Below are positions 42,491 through 54,319 of a DNA stretch of 62,801 nucleotides, in pieces (the stretch's first letter is position 1; every line of letters starts with the position of its first letter). Source of the DNA: Lachnospiraceae bacterium (GTDB lineage Bacteria > Bacillota > Clostridia > Lachnospirales > Lachnospiraceae); contig JAZLHR010000127.1 in the NCBI GenBank assembly GCA_045616945.1, forward strand, positions 1-62,801, in the 5' to 3' direction. The notes below the pieces were generated by a model. That model made no database searches. It saw only the letters and a program-made list of their open reading frames with translations, and was not told the DNA's origin. The position numbers were made by a program, and so were the translations under genes.

Positions 42491-42519
42491 TTGACAAAGC
42501 AAAAGGACAGTGGTACATT
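42491..42519 (+). promoter_or_regulatory. sigma-A promoter of the hrcA-dnaK operon
   Basis: TTGACA (42491-42496), 17 nt, TACATT (42514-42519). Confidence 0.7.
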
Positions 42520-42530
42520 ACGCATGGATG

Positions 42531-42557
42531 TTAGCACTCCAAAGAACTGAGTGCTAA
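42531..42557 (+). promoter_or_regulatory. CIRCE operator (HrcA binding site)
   Basis: TTAGCACTC-N9-GAGTGCTAA, a perfect match to the CIRCE consensus, 12 nt downstream of the -10. Confidence 0.95.
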
Positions 42558-42572
42558 CAAGAAAGGAGCCTT

Positions 42573-43616
42573 ATGGAGCTGGACGACAGGAAGCAGAAGA
42601 TACTTCACGCGATCATACAGAACTACCAGGAAACCGGGGAACCGGTAGGCTCCCGGACGATTTCCAAAATGAAGGAACTCAATTTCTCTCCGGCAACCAT
42701 CCGCAATGAAATGGCCGATCTTGAGGAGATGGGCCTGATCGTGCAGCCTCACACCTCCGCCGGGCGTGTTCCGACCGATAAAGGCTACCGCCTATATGTG
42801 GATGAGATGCTTTCCGCGCAGACCTCGGAACCGCACATGCCGGCTCTGCAGTCTCAGGATATGCTCATCCGGCGTGTGGACCGGGTGGAGGAACTGCTGC
42901 TCAAAATGGCGCAGATGCTTGCGGCCAATACCAACTATACCAGTATGGTGACCGGGCCGCATATCCGGAAAAACAAGCTGAAGTTCCTGCAGCTTTCTTC
43001 CATGGGTGACGGCAAGCTCCTTTGCGTGGTCGTTCTGGAAGGCAACATCGTCCGAAACAATATCCAGAAGATCGACGAAGAGATATCGCAGGAAGACCTG
43101 CTTCAGCTGAATTTCCTGCTCAATTCTCAGCTCAACGGACTTTCCATGGAGGAGATCAATCTCGGCGTCATCACTAAGATCCGGGAAGAAGCCGGTGTAC
43201 ATGCCGGGGTCGCCATGAAAGTCATGGAAGCCGTGGCGGATACCTTTGAACATGAAGAAAGCTACCGCATCTATACCAGCGGCGCGACCAACATTTTCAA
43301 GTATCCCGAATTGACGGGCGGCGATAAGGCCAGCGAGCTGATCAGCACGCTGGAGGAAAAGCAGAGCCTCGGCAACGCCATTATTTCCTGCAACGGGGAA
43401 AGCAAGCAGGATATCCAGGTATTTATCGGCGATGAGGTGCCCGTGGATTCCATGAAGGACTGCAGCGTCGTGACCGCGACCTACGAGCTCGGCGAGGGCG
43501 TGCAGGGCAAGATCGGCATCATCGGTCCCAAGAGAATGGACTATCAGAAGGTAGTCGATACGCTGAAGGTCACCATGAGCCAGTTGGACAACATATTTAT
43601 GAAGACGGAGGAATAG
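42573..43616 (+). CDS. hrcA: heat-inducible transcription repressor HrcA
   Basis: 347 aa. N-terminal winged helix (EPVGSRTISK). First gene of the hrcA-grpE-dnaK-dnaJ order. Confidence 0.92.
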   Translation: MELDDRKQKILHAIIQNYQETGEPVGSRTISKMKELNFSPATIRNEMADLEEMGLIVQPHTSAGRVPTDKGYRLYVDEMLSAQTSEPHMPALQSQDMLIRRVDRVEELLLKMAQMLAANTNYTSMVTGPHIRKNKLKFLQLSSMGDGKLLCVVVLEGNIVRNNIQKIDEEISQEDLLQLNFLLNSQLNGLSMEEINLGVITKIREEAGVHAGVAMKVMEAVADTFEHEESYRIYTSGATNIFKYPELTGGDKASELISTLEEKQSLGNAIISCNGESKQDIQVFIGDEVPVDSMKDCSVVTATYELGEGVQGKIGIIGPKRMDYQKVVDTLKVTMSQLDNIFMKTEE

Positions 43617-43619
43617 ATC

Positions 43620-44285
43620 TTGACTGAGTTGGAACAGGAAGAAATGAAGGCTGCGGAAGAAGCAGCACCTGCCGAAGAGACGGAGGCTGAAAAGCCCGAA
43701 GAAGCTGCGGAAGCGGTTCCGGAGGAATCAGCAGCGGCAGAGGAGAATGATCCCGAAGCGTCCGTTCAGCAGGATGCCTGTGAAAAAAAGAAGGGCGGCT
43801 TTTTCGGTAAATCCTCTAAAGAAGCTGAAAAAGCGAAAAAAGCTCTTGCGGAAGCAGAAGAAAAGCTGCAGGAAATGACCGATCGTACGCAGCGTACGAT
43901 GGCCGAGTTCGATAATTTCCGCAAGCGTACCGAAAAAGAAAAGGCTGCCATGTACGAGGTCGGCGCAAGGAGCGTGCTGGAAAAGCTGCTTCCCATTGCC
44001 GACAGCTTTGAAAGAGGGCTGGGGGGCCTGAGCGAGGAACAGAAGGCAGAGCCTTTCGCGGCCGGTATGGACCTGGTTTACAAGCAGCTTCAGAAAATGT
44101 TCGAGGAACTGGAAGTCAAAGTCATCCCGGCCGAAGGCGAGACTTTCAATCCGGATCTCCATAACGCGGTGATGCATGTGGAAGATGAAGAAGCCGGTGA
44201 AAACCAGATCGTTCAGGAATTCATGAAGGGTTACACGTACCGCGGTACGGTGATCCGCTACAGCATGGTAAAAGTAGCCAACTGA
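43620..44285 (+). CDS. grpE: nucleotide exchange factor GrpE
   Basis: Acidic N-terminus, FDNFRKRTEKE motif. TTG start per the track. Confidence 0.9.
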   Translation: MTELEQEEMKAAEEAAPAEETEAEKPEEAAEAVPEESAAAEENDPEASVQQDACEKKKGGFFGKSSKEAEKAKKALAEAEEKLQEMTDRTQRTMAEFDNFRKRTEKEKAAMYEVGARSVLEKLLPIADSFERGLGGLSEEQKAEPFAAGMDLVYKQLQKMFEELEVKVIPAEGETFNPDLHNAVMHVEDEEAGENQIVQEFMKGYTYRGTVIRYSMVKVAN

Positions 44286-44310
44286 TCCGTCGGAAGGCTG
44301 TTTCACATAA

Positions 44311-46215
<1,905 letters not shown>

Positions 46216-46250
46216 TTCTGCTGTCAGGCGGAATACGGAACTGACTGCCG

Positions 46251-46274
46251 GGGGACGGTTTATGACCGTTCCCC
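46251..46274 (+). terminator. imperfect hairpin between dnaK and dnaJ (possible partial terminator)
   Basis: GGGGACGGT / ACCGT(T)CCCC with one bulge. No clear T-run. Confidence 0.35.
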
Positions 46275-46319
46275 TCAGGCATTTAGTTAAAACAAATCAG
46301 AAAACGACAGGTTAACTCT

Positions 46320-47471
46320 ATGGCAGAGACGAAACGTGATTATTATGAAGTCCTGGGGGTGCCGAAGGATGCCGATGAGGCGTCCATAAAAAAGGCATAT
46401 CGGACATTGGCAAAGAAGTATCATCCGGATGCCAACCCCGGTGACAAGGAAGCCGAAGTCAAATTCAAAGAAGCGTCCGAAGCCTACGCTGTGCTGATTG
46501 ACCCGGAGAAACGCCGCAAATATGACCAGTTCGGTCATGCGGCCTTCGACGGTGGCGCCGGCGGCGGTGGCTTTGACTTTAACGGCGCGGATATGGGCGA
46601 TATCTTCGGCGATATTTTCGGCGATCTGTTCGGCGGCGGCTTCGGCGGTTTCGGAGGATTCGGCGGTTTCGGCGGCAGCCGGAACGCGAACGGCGCCAGA
46701 AAGGGCCGCAACGTCCAGACCAGCGTCCGTATCGATTTTCTGGATGCCATCCGCGGAAAAGAACAGGAACTCAGCCTGAATCTGCAGGATGCATGCCCCG
46801 ACTGCAGCGGGACCGGCTGCAAGCCCGGTACCAGCCCCGTGACCTGTTCCCACTGCGGCGGGACGGGCCAGGTGACCGTTACCCAGCAGACGCTTTTCGG
46901 CATCATGCAGAATCGCAGAAGCTGCCCTGACTGCGGCGGCCGCGGCAAGATCATCAAGGAAAAATGTACGCATTGCAGCGGTACGGGCTTTATCCGCAAG
47001 AGGACGAATGTATCGTTTACGATCCCCGCGGGGATCGACGACGGTCAGACGATCCGTATCCGCGGCAAGGGCGATCCCGGCGAAAACGGCGGAGAGCGCG
47101 GCGACCTTCTGGTCGAGGTACGTGTTTCTTCCCACCCGGTATTCGAACGTCAGGACTATGATATTTTCTCCATGGTCCCACTTTCCTTCGTGCAGGCTGC
47201 GCTTGGTGATACCATCCGCATCCAGACCGTGGACGGAGAGGTCGAATACGAGCTGAAGCCGGGAACACAGCCGGGCACCCGAATCCGCCTGCGTTCCAAG
47301 GGCGTCCCTTCCCGTCAGGGCGGAGGACTGCGCGGCGACCATTATGTGACCTTTACGGTGCAGGTCCCCGAAAAGCTTTCAAAAGAGCAGAAGGATGCGC
47401 TTCTGGCCTTTGATGAGGCATCCGGCGGAAATATGAGCGCCGGGAAAAAGAAAAAGGGCATATTTAAGTAA
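46320..47471 (+). CDS. dnaJ: molecular chaperone DnaJ
   Basis: J domain YHPD, G/F-rich region, four CxxCxGxG zinc motifs ([32 protein letters not shown]). Confidence 0.97.
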   Translation: MAETKRDYYEVLGVPKDADEASIKKAYRTLAKKYHPDANPGDKEAEVKFKEASEAYAVLIDPEKRRKYDQFGHAAFDGGAGGGGFDFNGADMGDIFGDIFGDLFGGGFGGFGGFGGFGGSRNANGARKGRNVQTSVRIDFLDAIRGKEQELSLNLQDACPDCSGTGCKPGTSPVTCSHCGGTGQVTVTQQTLFGIMQNRRSCPDCGGRGKIIKEKCTHCSGTGFIRKRTNVSFTIPAGIDDGQTIRIRGKGDPGENGGERGDLLVEVRVSSHPVFERQDYDIFSMVPLSFVQAALGDTIRIQTVDGEVEYELKPGTQPGTRIRLRSKGVPSRQGGGLRGDHYVTFTVQVPEKLSKEQKDALLAFDEASGGNMSAGKKKKGIFK

Positions 47472-47539
47472 AATGTGATATAGTAGGGTCCGGTACGGAT
47501 GATCCGTCCGGACCTTATTGCTGTGCAGGGAGAGTTTAT

Positions 47540-48490
47540 ATGAAGTGGAAAAAATACACGCTTGAAACACTGGCGGAGGCAGAGGATACCATCGCTGCCG
47601 CGTTATATGATCTGGGTGTGGAAAGTATTGAAATATGCGATAAAAAACCGATGACGCAGGAAGAGATCGAAGCCATGTTCGTCGATATCCCTCCTGAGAT
47701 GCCGGAAGACGACGGGACTGCGGAAATCAGTTTTTATCTGGAGGAAGATGCGGACGATACGCAGCTTCTGCGGGATCTGCAGGATGTTTTGACCGAATTT
47801 TCCGCGCAGATGCCTCTTGGCAGCCTGGTCCTCCGCCGCGGCGAAACGGAAGACAAGGACTGGATCAATAATTGGAAAAAATATTTCCATACGTTCGATG
47901 TCGGCGCCCTGACGGTCCGCCCTGCCTGGGAAGATACGCCCGTGCGCGGCGGCCAGTCCCTGATCTCCATGGATCCCGGCTCGGCCTTCGGGAGCGGAAC
48001 GCACGAAACGACCCGGCTGTGTCTTGCGCAGCTGCAGAAATATATCCGTCCCGGGATGCGTGTGCTGGATGTCGGTACCGGCAGCGGGATCCTTTCGATC
48101 GCGGCCTTGAAGCTCGGCGCTTCCTTTGCCGCAGCGACCGAACTGGATGAAAATGCGCTGCTTACGGCAGAGGAAAACCGTCAAAGGAACGGTCTCAGCG
48201 AAGAACAGCTGCAATATATCTGCGGGAATATCCTGGATGATCCGGCAGTACAGGAAACGGTCGGAACGGGGTACGATCTTGTTCTGGCGAATATTTTTGC
48301 CCCGATCATCATTCTGCTGAGCAAAGAAGTGGCGCAGCATATGAAGCCCGGAACCGTACTTATCACGAGCGGGATCCTTCTTTCGCAGCGGGATGCCGTA
48401 GAACAGGCTTTCCGCGAAAATCCCGATTTTACCCTGCTGGAGGGCGCTGCGGACGGCGAGTGGACAGCGGTCGTTGTCAGGAGGAACTGA
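47540..48490 (+). CDS. prmA: ribosomal protein L11 methyltransferase
   Basis: SAM motif LDVGTGSGILSIAA. Conserved dnaJ-prmA-rsmE order. Confidence 0.88.
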   Translation: MKWKKYTLETLAEAEDTIAAALYDLGVESIEICDKKPMTQEEIEAMFVDIPPEMPEDDGTAEISFYLEEDADDTQLLRDLQDVLTEFSAQMPLGSLVLRRGETEDKDWINNWKKYFHTFDVGALTVRPAWEDTPVRGGQSLISMDPGSAFGSGTHETTRLCLAQLQKYIRPGMRVLDVGTGSGILSIAALKLGASFAAATELDENALLTAEENRQRNGLSEEQLQYICGNILDDPAVQETVGTGYDLVLANIFAPIIILLSKEVAQHMKPGTVLITSGILLSQRDAVEQAFRENPDFTLLEGAADGEWTAVVVRRN

Positions 48491-48491
48491 G

Positions 48492-49253
48492 ATGTACCAT
48501 TTTTTCGCGCCTGATGAAGATGCTTCGACCGGGAAGATCCTGCTGCGGGATGATAATTATAATCATATCAAAAATGTGCTCCGTATGAAGCCTGGCGAGA
48601 AAATGATCGTCTCGGATGCGCGCGATACGGATTCACTGTGCTGCCTGAAGGAGTATCAGGACGGCTGCGCGGTGCTGGAGGTCCTGCCGGATACGGTTGC
48701 CGACGCTGAAATGCCTGTCCGGATCCATCTGTTTCAGGGGCTGCCGAAGGGCGATAAGCTGGAAACCGTGATACAGAAATCCGTGGAACTCGGTGTATGC
48801 TCCGTGATCCCGGTCGAAATGAAACGTAGCATCGTGAAGATCCCGGACAATAAAAAAGCGGCCCGTGCCGAGCGCTGGCAGAGGCTTTCGGAAGCCGCCG
48901 CAAAACAGTCCGGCCGCCGTATCATTCCCGAGGTCAGCGGGCCCGTCCCGTTTGCGGAGGCCCTCAAAAAGGCTGCTGCAATGGACACGGTCCTGGTGCC
49001 TTATGAATGTGCGGAAGATATGAATGCGACCAGGCGGCTGCTTTCGTCGCTGCGTCCCGGCACCGATGCGGCGGTATTCATCGGTCCGGAGGGCGGTTTT
49101 GATCCTGCGGAGATTGAAAAGCTGCGGCAGTGCGGTGCGCATATATGCACTTTGGGGCACCGGATCCTTCGTACGGAAACCGCCGGCCCTGCATTTCTGG
49201 CAATGTGTATTTTTGCATTAGAGGACGCCGTAAGTTCTGAGGCGGCAAAATAG
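48492..49253 (+). CDS. rsmE: 16S rRNA (uracil1498-N3)-methyltransferase
   Basis: MYHFF N-terminus, IGPEGGF and LGHRILRTETA (SPOUT knot). Confidence 0.88.
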   Translation: MYHFFAPDEDASTGKILLRDDNYNHIKNVLRMKPGEKMIVSDARDTDSLCCLKEYQDGCAVLEVLPDTVADAEMPVRIHLFQGLPKGDKLETVIQKSVELGVCSVIPVEMKRSIVKIPDNKKAARAERWQRLSEAAAKQSGRRIIPEVSGPVPFAEALKKAAAMDTVLVPYECAEDMNATRRLLSSLRPGTDAAVFIGPEGGFDPAEIEKLRQCGAHICTLGHRILRTETAGPAFLAMCIFALEDAVSSEAAK

Positions 49254-49265
49254 GAGAGCATTCTT

Positions 49266-50135
49266 ATGAAAAAGAAGGCGTATTTGATGCTTCTTGCATC
49301 TATGCTGATCTTCGGAACGAACGGCTTATTGGTCTCGGAAGTCAGTGTGAGTTCTGCCGGGATCGTATTTTTCCGGACCCTTTTCGGAGGCGCAGGGCTT
49401 CTGGCGGCTTTGCTGCTTCAAAAAAAGACCGATTGGGGACTTTTGAAAAAGGATCTTCCTGCTCTTGTGCTTGCAGGAATCTTTTTGGGACTGAATTGGG
49501 TCTTTTTGTTTTCGTCCTACCGGCTTTTGGGCGTCAGTCTGTCTACGCTCATCTATTATGCTGGACCGATGCTGGTCGTGCTCGTTTCTCCCTTACTGTT
49601 CCGTGAAAAAACAGCCTGGAACAAATGGGTGGCGCTGGGGCTCGTCGTGGTCGGCGCCGTATTCATCACCGGTTCCGTCCGCAGTGCCGAAGGCAGCTCT
49701 TCCGGCTTGCTGTATGCCTTTGCGGCAGCCTTGTGCTATGCGCTGGTAGTCCTGACGTCCAAATATGTCAAGCATGTCAAAGGTCTTCTGTGTTCCTTTA
49801 CCGAGATCGCCGTGGCTTTCATGATCGTAACGGTATATCTTCTTGCAACGGAAGGGCTTCCGAAGATCGCATCGGGCAAGGAGCTTACCATGTTATTGAT
49901 CCTCGGGATCGTCAACACCGGCGCTGCCTATTTCCTGTATTTCTCGTCGATCCGGATGCTTCCGGGGCAGACGGTAGGCCTCTGCAGCTATCTGGACCCG
50001 GTCACGGCCCTGATCCTGTCCGCGCTGGTCCTGCATGAGACCATGAACGGGATGCAGTGGCTCGGCGCGCTGCTGATCATCGGCGGCGCCGTTTTCGGCG
50101 AGCTGGCTTTTCATAAAAAAGCAGCCCGGGAATGA
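49266..50135 (+). CDS. EamA/DMT family transporter
   Basis: 289 aa, about ten hydrophobic helices in two EamA-like halves. Confidence 0.75.
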   Translation: MKKKAYLMLLASMLIFGTNGLLVSEVSVSSAGIVFFRTLFGGAGLLAALLLQKKTDWGLLKKDLPALVLAGIFLGLNWVFLFSSYRLLGVSLSTLIYYAGPMLVVLVSPLLFREKTAWNKWVALGLVVVGAVFITGSVRSAEGSSSGLLYAFAAALCYALVVLTSKYVKHVKGLLCSFTEIAVAFMIVTVYLLATEGLPKIASGKELTMLLILGIVNTGAAYFLYFSSIRMLPGQTVGLCSYLDPVTALILSALVLHETMNGMQWLGALLIIGGAVFGELAFHKKAARE

Positions 50136-50206
50136 TTTGATTTGCAATTTATCCCCTGCGGCAGTACAATGATGCCGCCGGAAATCGGCAGAACAGGATA
50201 CAGTAT

Positions 50207-51364
50207 ATGGAAATTTATCTTGATAATTCCGCGACGACACAGGTAGCTCCCGCCGTACGCGAAGAAATGCTGGCATCGCTCGGTGAAGAATTCGGCAATC
50301 CTTCCTCTTTGCACAGGAAGGGCTCCCATGCCGAAGAAATCGTGAAGCTTGCCCGCAGGCGTATCGCCGAGACCCTGAAAGTCAATGAGAAAACCATCTT
50401 TTTCACTTCCGGCGGTACGGAATCCAATAATCTGGCTTTGATCGGTACTGCCCGGGCCGTCAAACGGCGCGGAGACCATATTATTATTTCTTCCATCGAG
50501 CATCCTTCCGTAGATGCCACCGCTGCCTATCTGGAGGATAACGGCTTTTCGGTGACAAGGCTTCCAGTGACGCAGGAAGGCCTGGTGGAGCCAGCTTCCC
50601 TGTCGGCTGCGTTGACGGACCGTACCGTGCTTGTATCGGTCATGATGGTGAATAACGAGGTCGGCAGCCGTCAGCCTGTCGAGGCGTTATCAAAAATCAC
50701 CAAGCAATATAATGAAAATATCATTTTCCACGTGGATGCGGTGCAGGGATACGGAAAATTCCGCATCTATCCGCAGCGGATGGGGATCGATCTGCTTTCC
50801 GTGTCCGGCCATAAGATCCACGGCCCGAAGGGCATCGGTTTTCTGTATGTCGGGGAAAAAGTACGTCTGCAGCCCCTGCTTCACGGCGGCGAGCAGCAGA
50901 TGGGACTGCGCAGCGGGACGGAAAACGTTCCTGGGATCGTGGGTATCGGCAAGGCAGCCGAGCTGGTCTATACGGATGCGGAACAGAGCTGGGACCGCAT
51001 GTACAGCCTGAAGGAGCGTCTGCAGGAAGGCCTGGGAGCTCTCGAAAATGTCACCGTCAACGGTCCGCGCAGCCGGGAACAGTCGGCGCCTCATATCGTG
51101 AGCGCGACCTTTCACGGTGTCCGGAGCGAAGTCCTGCTCCATGCTTTGGAAGATAAAGGCATCTATGTTTCCGCCGGAAGCGCCTGTTCCAGTCATCATA
51201 AAGGCGTCAGCCCGACGCTTGCCGGGATCGGCCTCGGAAAGGAAGCCGCCGGTTCCACCCTGCGTTTCAGCCTCTGCGAATGGACGACAGAGGAGGAGAT
51301 CGACCGTACCGTTCAGATTGTGAGCGAGCTGCTTCCCGTCCTGCGCCGTTTTGTCAGAAGATAA
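50207..51364 (+). CDS. nifS: cysteine desulfurase (NifS/IscS-like, class V aminotransferase fold)
   Basis: SVSGHKIHGPKGIG (PLP Lys) and SAGSACSS (catalytic Cys loop). Adjacent to thiI. Confidence 0.88.
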   Translation: MEIYLDNSATTQVAPAVREEMLASLGEEFGNPSSLHRKGSHAEEIVKLARRRIAETLKVNEKTIFFTSGGTESNNLALIGTARAVKRRGDHIIISSIEHPSVDATAAYLEDNGFSVTRLPVTQEGLVEPASLSAALTDRTVLVSVMMVNNEVGSRQPVEALSKITKQYNENIIFHVDAVQGYGKFRIYPQRMGIDLLSVSGHKIHGPKGIGFLYVGEKVRLQPLLHGGEQQMGLRSGTENVPGIVGIGKAAELVYTDAEQSWDRMYSLKERLQEGLGALENVTVNGPRSREQSAPHIVSATFHGVRSEVLLHALEDKGIYVSAGSACSSHHKGVSPTLAGIGLGKEAAGSTLRFSLCEWTTEEEIDRTVQIVSELLPVLRRFVRR

Positions 51365-51381
51365 TCATCCGGAGGGATCCT

Positions 51382-52566
51382 ATGGAATTTCATGCATTAC
51401 TTATCAAATATGCCGAGATCGGCGTGAAGGGCAAAAACCGCTACATTTTCGAAGACAAGCTGGTCAGCCGGTGCAGCGAGGCTCTGAAAAAGCTTCCGGT
51501 CCGTTTTAATGTATTTAAGCGTACCGGCCGTATCTACGCGGCCGCGGAAGAACCGTTTGTCCTGGAAGACGCGGCGGAAGCGCTGCAGCATGTGTTCGGG
51601 ATCGCGGGCATCTGCCCTCTGGTCCAGCTTCCTTTGATGAAGCCGGAGGAACTGCTGCGGGCGGCCGTGAAATATGTCGGCGAGATGTATCCGGAAGGGA
51701 CCGGTTCCTTTAAGGTCGTCGCTACCCGTGCCAATAAAGCCTATCCCTGGGATTCCAACGAGATCAACCGTAAGGTCGGAGAGGCGGTCCTGCAGGCATA
51801 TCCCGGCATGACCGTGGATGTCCATCACCCGGACATCATGCTCCGGATCGAGATCCGTCAGGAGATCAATATCTATTCCAAGGTACTGCCCGGCCCCGGC
51901 GGGATGCCTCTCGGTACCAACGGCAAGGCCATGCTGCTGCTTTCCGGCGGTATCGACAGCCCCGTAGCCGGATATATGGTCGCCAAGCGCGGCGTGGTGA
52001 TCGAGGCCGTGTATTTCCATGCTCCGCCTTATACCAGCGACCGTGCCAAGCAGAAGGTCGTGGACCTGGCAAGGATCATCAGTGCCTATACAGGACCGAT
52101 CCGTCTGCACGTGATCAATTTTACGGAACCGCAGCTGCATATCTACGAAAATGCACCGCATGATGAACTTACGATCATTATGCGCCGGTATTTGATGCGG
52201 ATTGCCGAGCGTCTGGCCGCCGAAAACGGCTGTCAGGCGTTAGTGACCGGCGAATCCATCGGTCAGGTCGCCTCTCAGACGGTTTCCAGTCTTGCCGTGA
52301 CGAATGAAGTCTGCCGGCTGCCTGTGTTTCGCCCCCTGATCGCGTTCGATAAGCAGGATATCGTTGATCTGTCTGTGAAGATCGGTACTTATGAGACCTC
52401 CATCCAGCCCTATGAAGACTGCTGTACCATATTTGTGGCGAAGCATCCGGTGACCAAACCGAATCTGCAGGTCATTCTGCGATCCGAAGATAAGCTCGGG
52501 ATAAAGATGGATGAACTCATCGAAGCAGCTGTTCTTTCGGATGAGATCATTCTCTGCAAAGATTGA
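51382..52566 (+). CDS. thiI: tRNA 4-thiouridine(8) synthase ThiI (no rhodanese domain)
   Basis: ATG at 51382 (GGAGGG RBS). THUMP region. PP-loop LLLSGGIDSPVAG. Confidence 0.88.
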   Translation: MEFHALLIKYAEIGVKGKNRYIFEDKLVSRCSEALKKLPVRFNVFKRTGRIYAAAEEPFVLEDAAEALQHVFGIAGICPLVQLPLMKPEELLRAAVKYVGEMYPEGTGSFKVVATRANKAYPWDSNEINRKVGEAVLQAYPGMTVDVHHPDIMLRIEIRQEINIYSKVLPGPGGMPLGTNGKAMLLLSGGIDSPVAGYMVAKRGVVIEAVYFHAPPYTSDRAKQKVVDLARIISAYTGPIRLHVINFTEPQLHIYENAPHDELTIIMRRYLMRIAERLAAENGCQALVTGESIGQVASQTVSSLAVTNEVCRLPVFRPLIAFDKQDIVDLSVKIGTYETSIQPYEDCCTIFVAKHPVTKPNLQVILRSEDKLGIKMDELIEAAVLSDEIILCKD

Positions 52567-52618
52567 GACTGCAGCAAAACAGCCCGCCATCAGGCGGGCT
52601 GCGCAGAAATGGGGTCGA

Positions 52619-52852
52619 TCAAGGTGCAAGAAAAGGCTGCAGCGCTTGTTGAATCTGCGGGAATTCCTTTTCGTTGTAGATAAGAACGTCGATCGGTTTG
52701 GCCAGATTCAGACTGAAAATACCCATAATGGATTTTCCGTCAATCGTATAGCGCCCGGAGCACATATCGAAATCGCTCTCGAACGCGGAAACCGTATTGA
52801 CAAATTCTTTTACCTTGTCGATCGAATTAAGCAATACACGTACCTGCTTCAT
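52619..52852 (-). CDS. HPr-fold protein lacking the His15 phosphorylation site
   Basis: 77 aa. DGKSIMGIFSL matches the HPr Ser46 region. The N-terminal NSIDKVKEFV replaces GLHARPA. Confidence 0.65.
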   Translation of the reverse strand: MKQVRVLLNSIDKVKEFVNTVSAFESDFDMCSGRYTIDGKSIMGIFSLNLAKPIDVLIYNEKEFPQIQQALQPFLAP

Positions 52853-52933
52853 TCGAGCCTCCTTCCATTTGTTTTTTTACGTCTCAACTGTCTCTATTGT
52901 ATGCAATAGGCGGTGGGATGTCAAGGAGATTTT

Positions 52934-54235
52934 ATGGTTTATTCCGCTGCGATACACACCCTGGGCTGCAAGGTCAACAGCTATGAATCCGATGCCATGG
53001 AACGTCTGCTGACAGAGGCCGGTTTCCGCTTTGTCCCCTTTGACGAGCCCGCGGATGTGTATATTGTCAATACCTGTTCGGTGACCAATATCGCCGACCG
53101 GAAATCCCGTCAGATGCTCCACCGCGCCAGAACGCAGAACCCGGAAGCCGTGATCGCTGCCGTCGGATGCTTCGCGCAGGCGGAGGGGGAAAAGCTGCTG
53201 GACGATGCCGCAGACCTTGTCCTCGGAAATGAAAAGAAGAGCCATATCGTTCCTTTGATCACGGCCTTCCTGGAAAATCGCAGAAAAACGGCTGAAGTCA
53301 CCGATATGACTTTCTGCCGCAGCTACGATGAAATGCCCGCGAACTGCTCCGAACATACCCGCGCGTTTTTGAAGATCGAAGACGGATGCAATCAGTTCTG
53401 CTCCTACTGCCGCATCCCTTATGTGCGCGGCCGCGTGCGCAGCAGATCGGAAGAGGCCGTTTTGGAAGAAGCCCGGCGTCTGCTGGACGGCGGCTTTAAG
53501 GAATTGGTCCTGACGGGGATCCATCTCAGCTCTTACGGCCTGGATTCGCAGGGCGATGCCGGTACAGGCGCATCCTACGGCCTGCCGCTGCTGAAGCTCC
53601 TGGAAAAGCTGGATGGCCTTCCCGGGCTGGCGCGAATCCGTCTCGGGTCGTTGGAGCCCCGCATCATTACCGAAGAAAATGCGGCCCGGCTGAAGGCGAT
53701 TTCGCATCTTTGCCCGCATTTCCATCTGTCTTTGCAGAGCGGCTGTGACGGAACGCTGCTGCGTATGAACCGCCGCTATACGGCAGATGAGTTCTATGAA
53801 AAAATGTGCCTTCTGCGCGACACCTTTGACCGGCCTGCCCTGACAACGGACGTGATTGTCGGTTTTCCGGGCGAAACGGAAGAGGAATTTGAAAGCACAT
53901 TTCGTTTTCTGGAAAAGGCTTCCTTTTACGAAACACATATTTTCAAATATTCCAGGCGCAGCGGGACCGTGGCGGACCGTTTACCGGGACAGCTGACAGA
54001 TAAGCAGAAGACTGCCCGTGCAAAGCGGCTTGCCGAATTGAATGCTGTCAACAAAGACAGATACTGCGCAGCCTTTTTCGGCGAAGCCAGAGAGGTGCTG
54101 TTGGAAGAACAGCTGCCGGACGGGCGCTGGGCTGGCTTTACACCGGAATATGTCCGCCTGGCGGAGGCTATTCCCGGAGCCGCTTCCGGAGAACTGCGCT
54201 CCGTGGAGGTTTCCCGCAGCTCTTTGATACTCTGA
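52934..54235 (+). CDS. mtaB: radical-SAM methylthiotransferase, MtaB-like (tRNA t6A37)
   Basis: N-terminal TLGCKVN...VNTCSVT...GC cluster and CNQFCSYCRIPYVRG radical-SAM motif. ATG at 52934 with an AAGGAG RBS. Confidence 0.75.
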   Translation: MVYSAAIHTLGCKVNSYESDAMERLLTEAGFRFVPFDEPADVYIVNTCSVTNIADRKSRQMLHRARTQNPEAVIAAVGCFAQAEGEKLLDDAADLVLGNEKKSHIVPLITAFLENRRKTAEVTDMTFCRSYDEMPANCSEHTRAFLKIEDGCNQFCSYCRIPYVRGRVRSRSEEAVLEEARRLLDGGFKELVLTGIHLSSYGLDSQGDAGTGASYGLPLLKLLEKLDGLPGLARIRLGSLEPRIITEENAARLKAISHLCPHFHLSLQSGCDGTLLRMNRRYTADEFYEKMCLLRDTFDRPALTTDVIVGFPGETEEEFESTFRFLEKASFYETHIFKYSRRSGTVADRLPGQLTDKQKTARAKRLAELNAVNKDRYCAAFFGEAREVLLEEQLPDGRWAGFTPEYVRLAEAIPGAASGELRSVEVSRSSLIL

Positions 54236-54319
54236 TCCGGGCTTTTCTGTTTGGGTCCCGCATTTTCAGAACGTTTTGTTCCATTTGATTCTATTTATTC
54301 CAGTAGGAGGATGATCACT

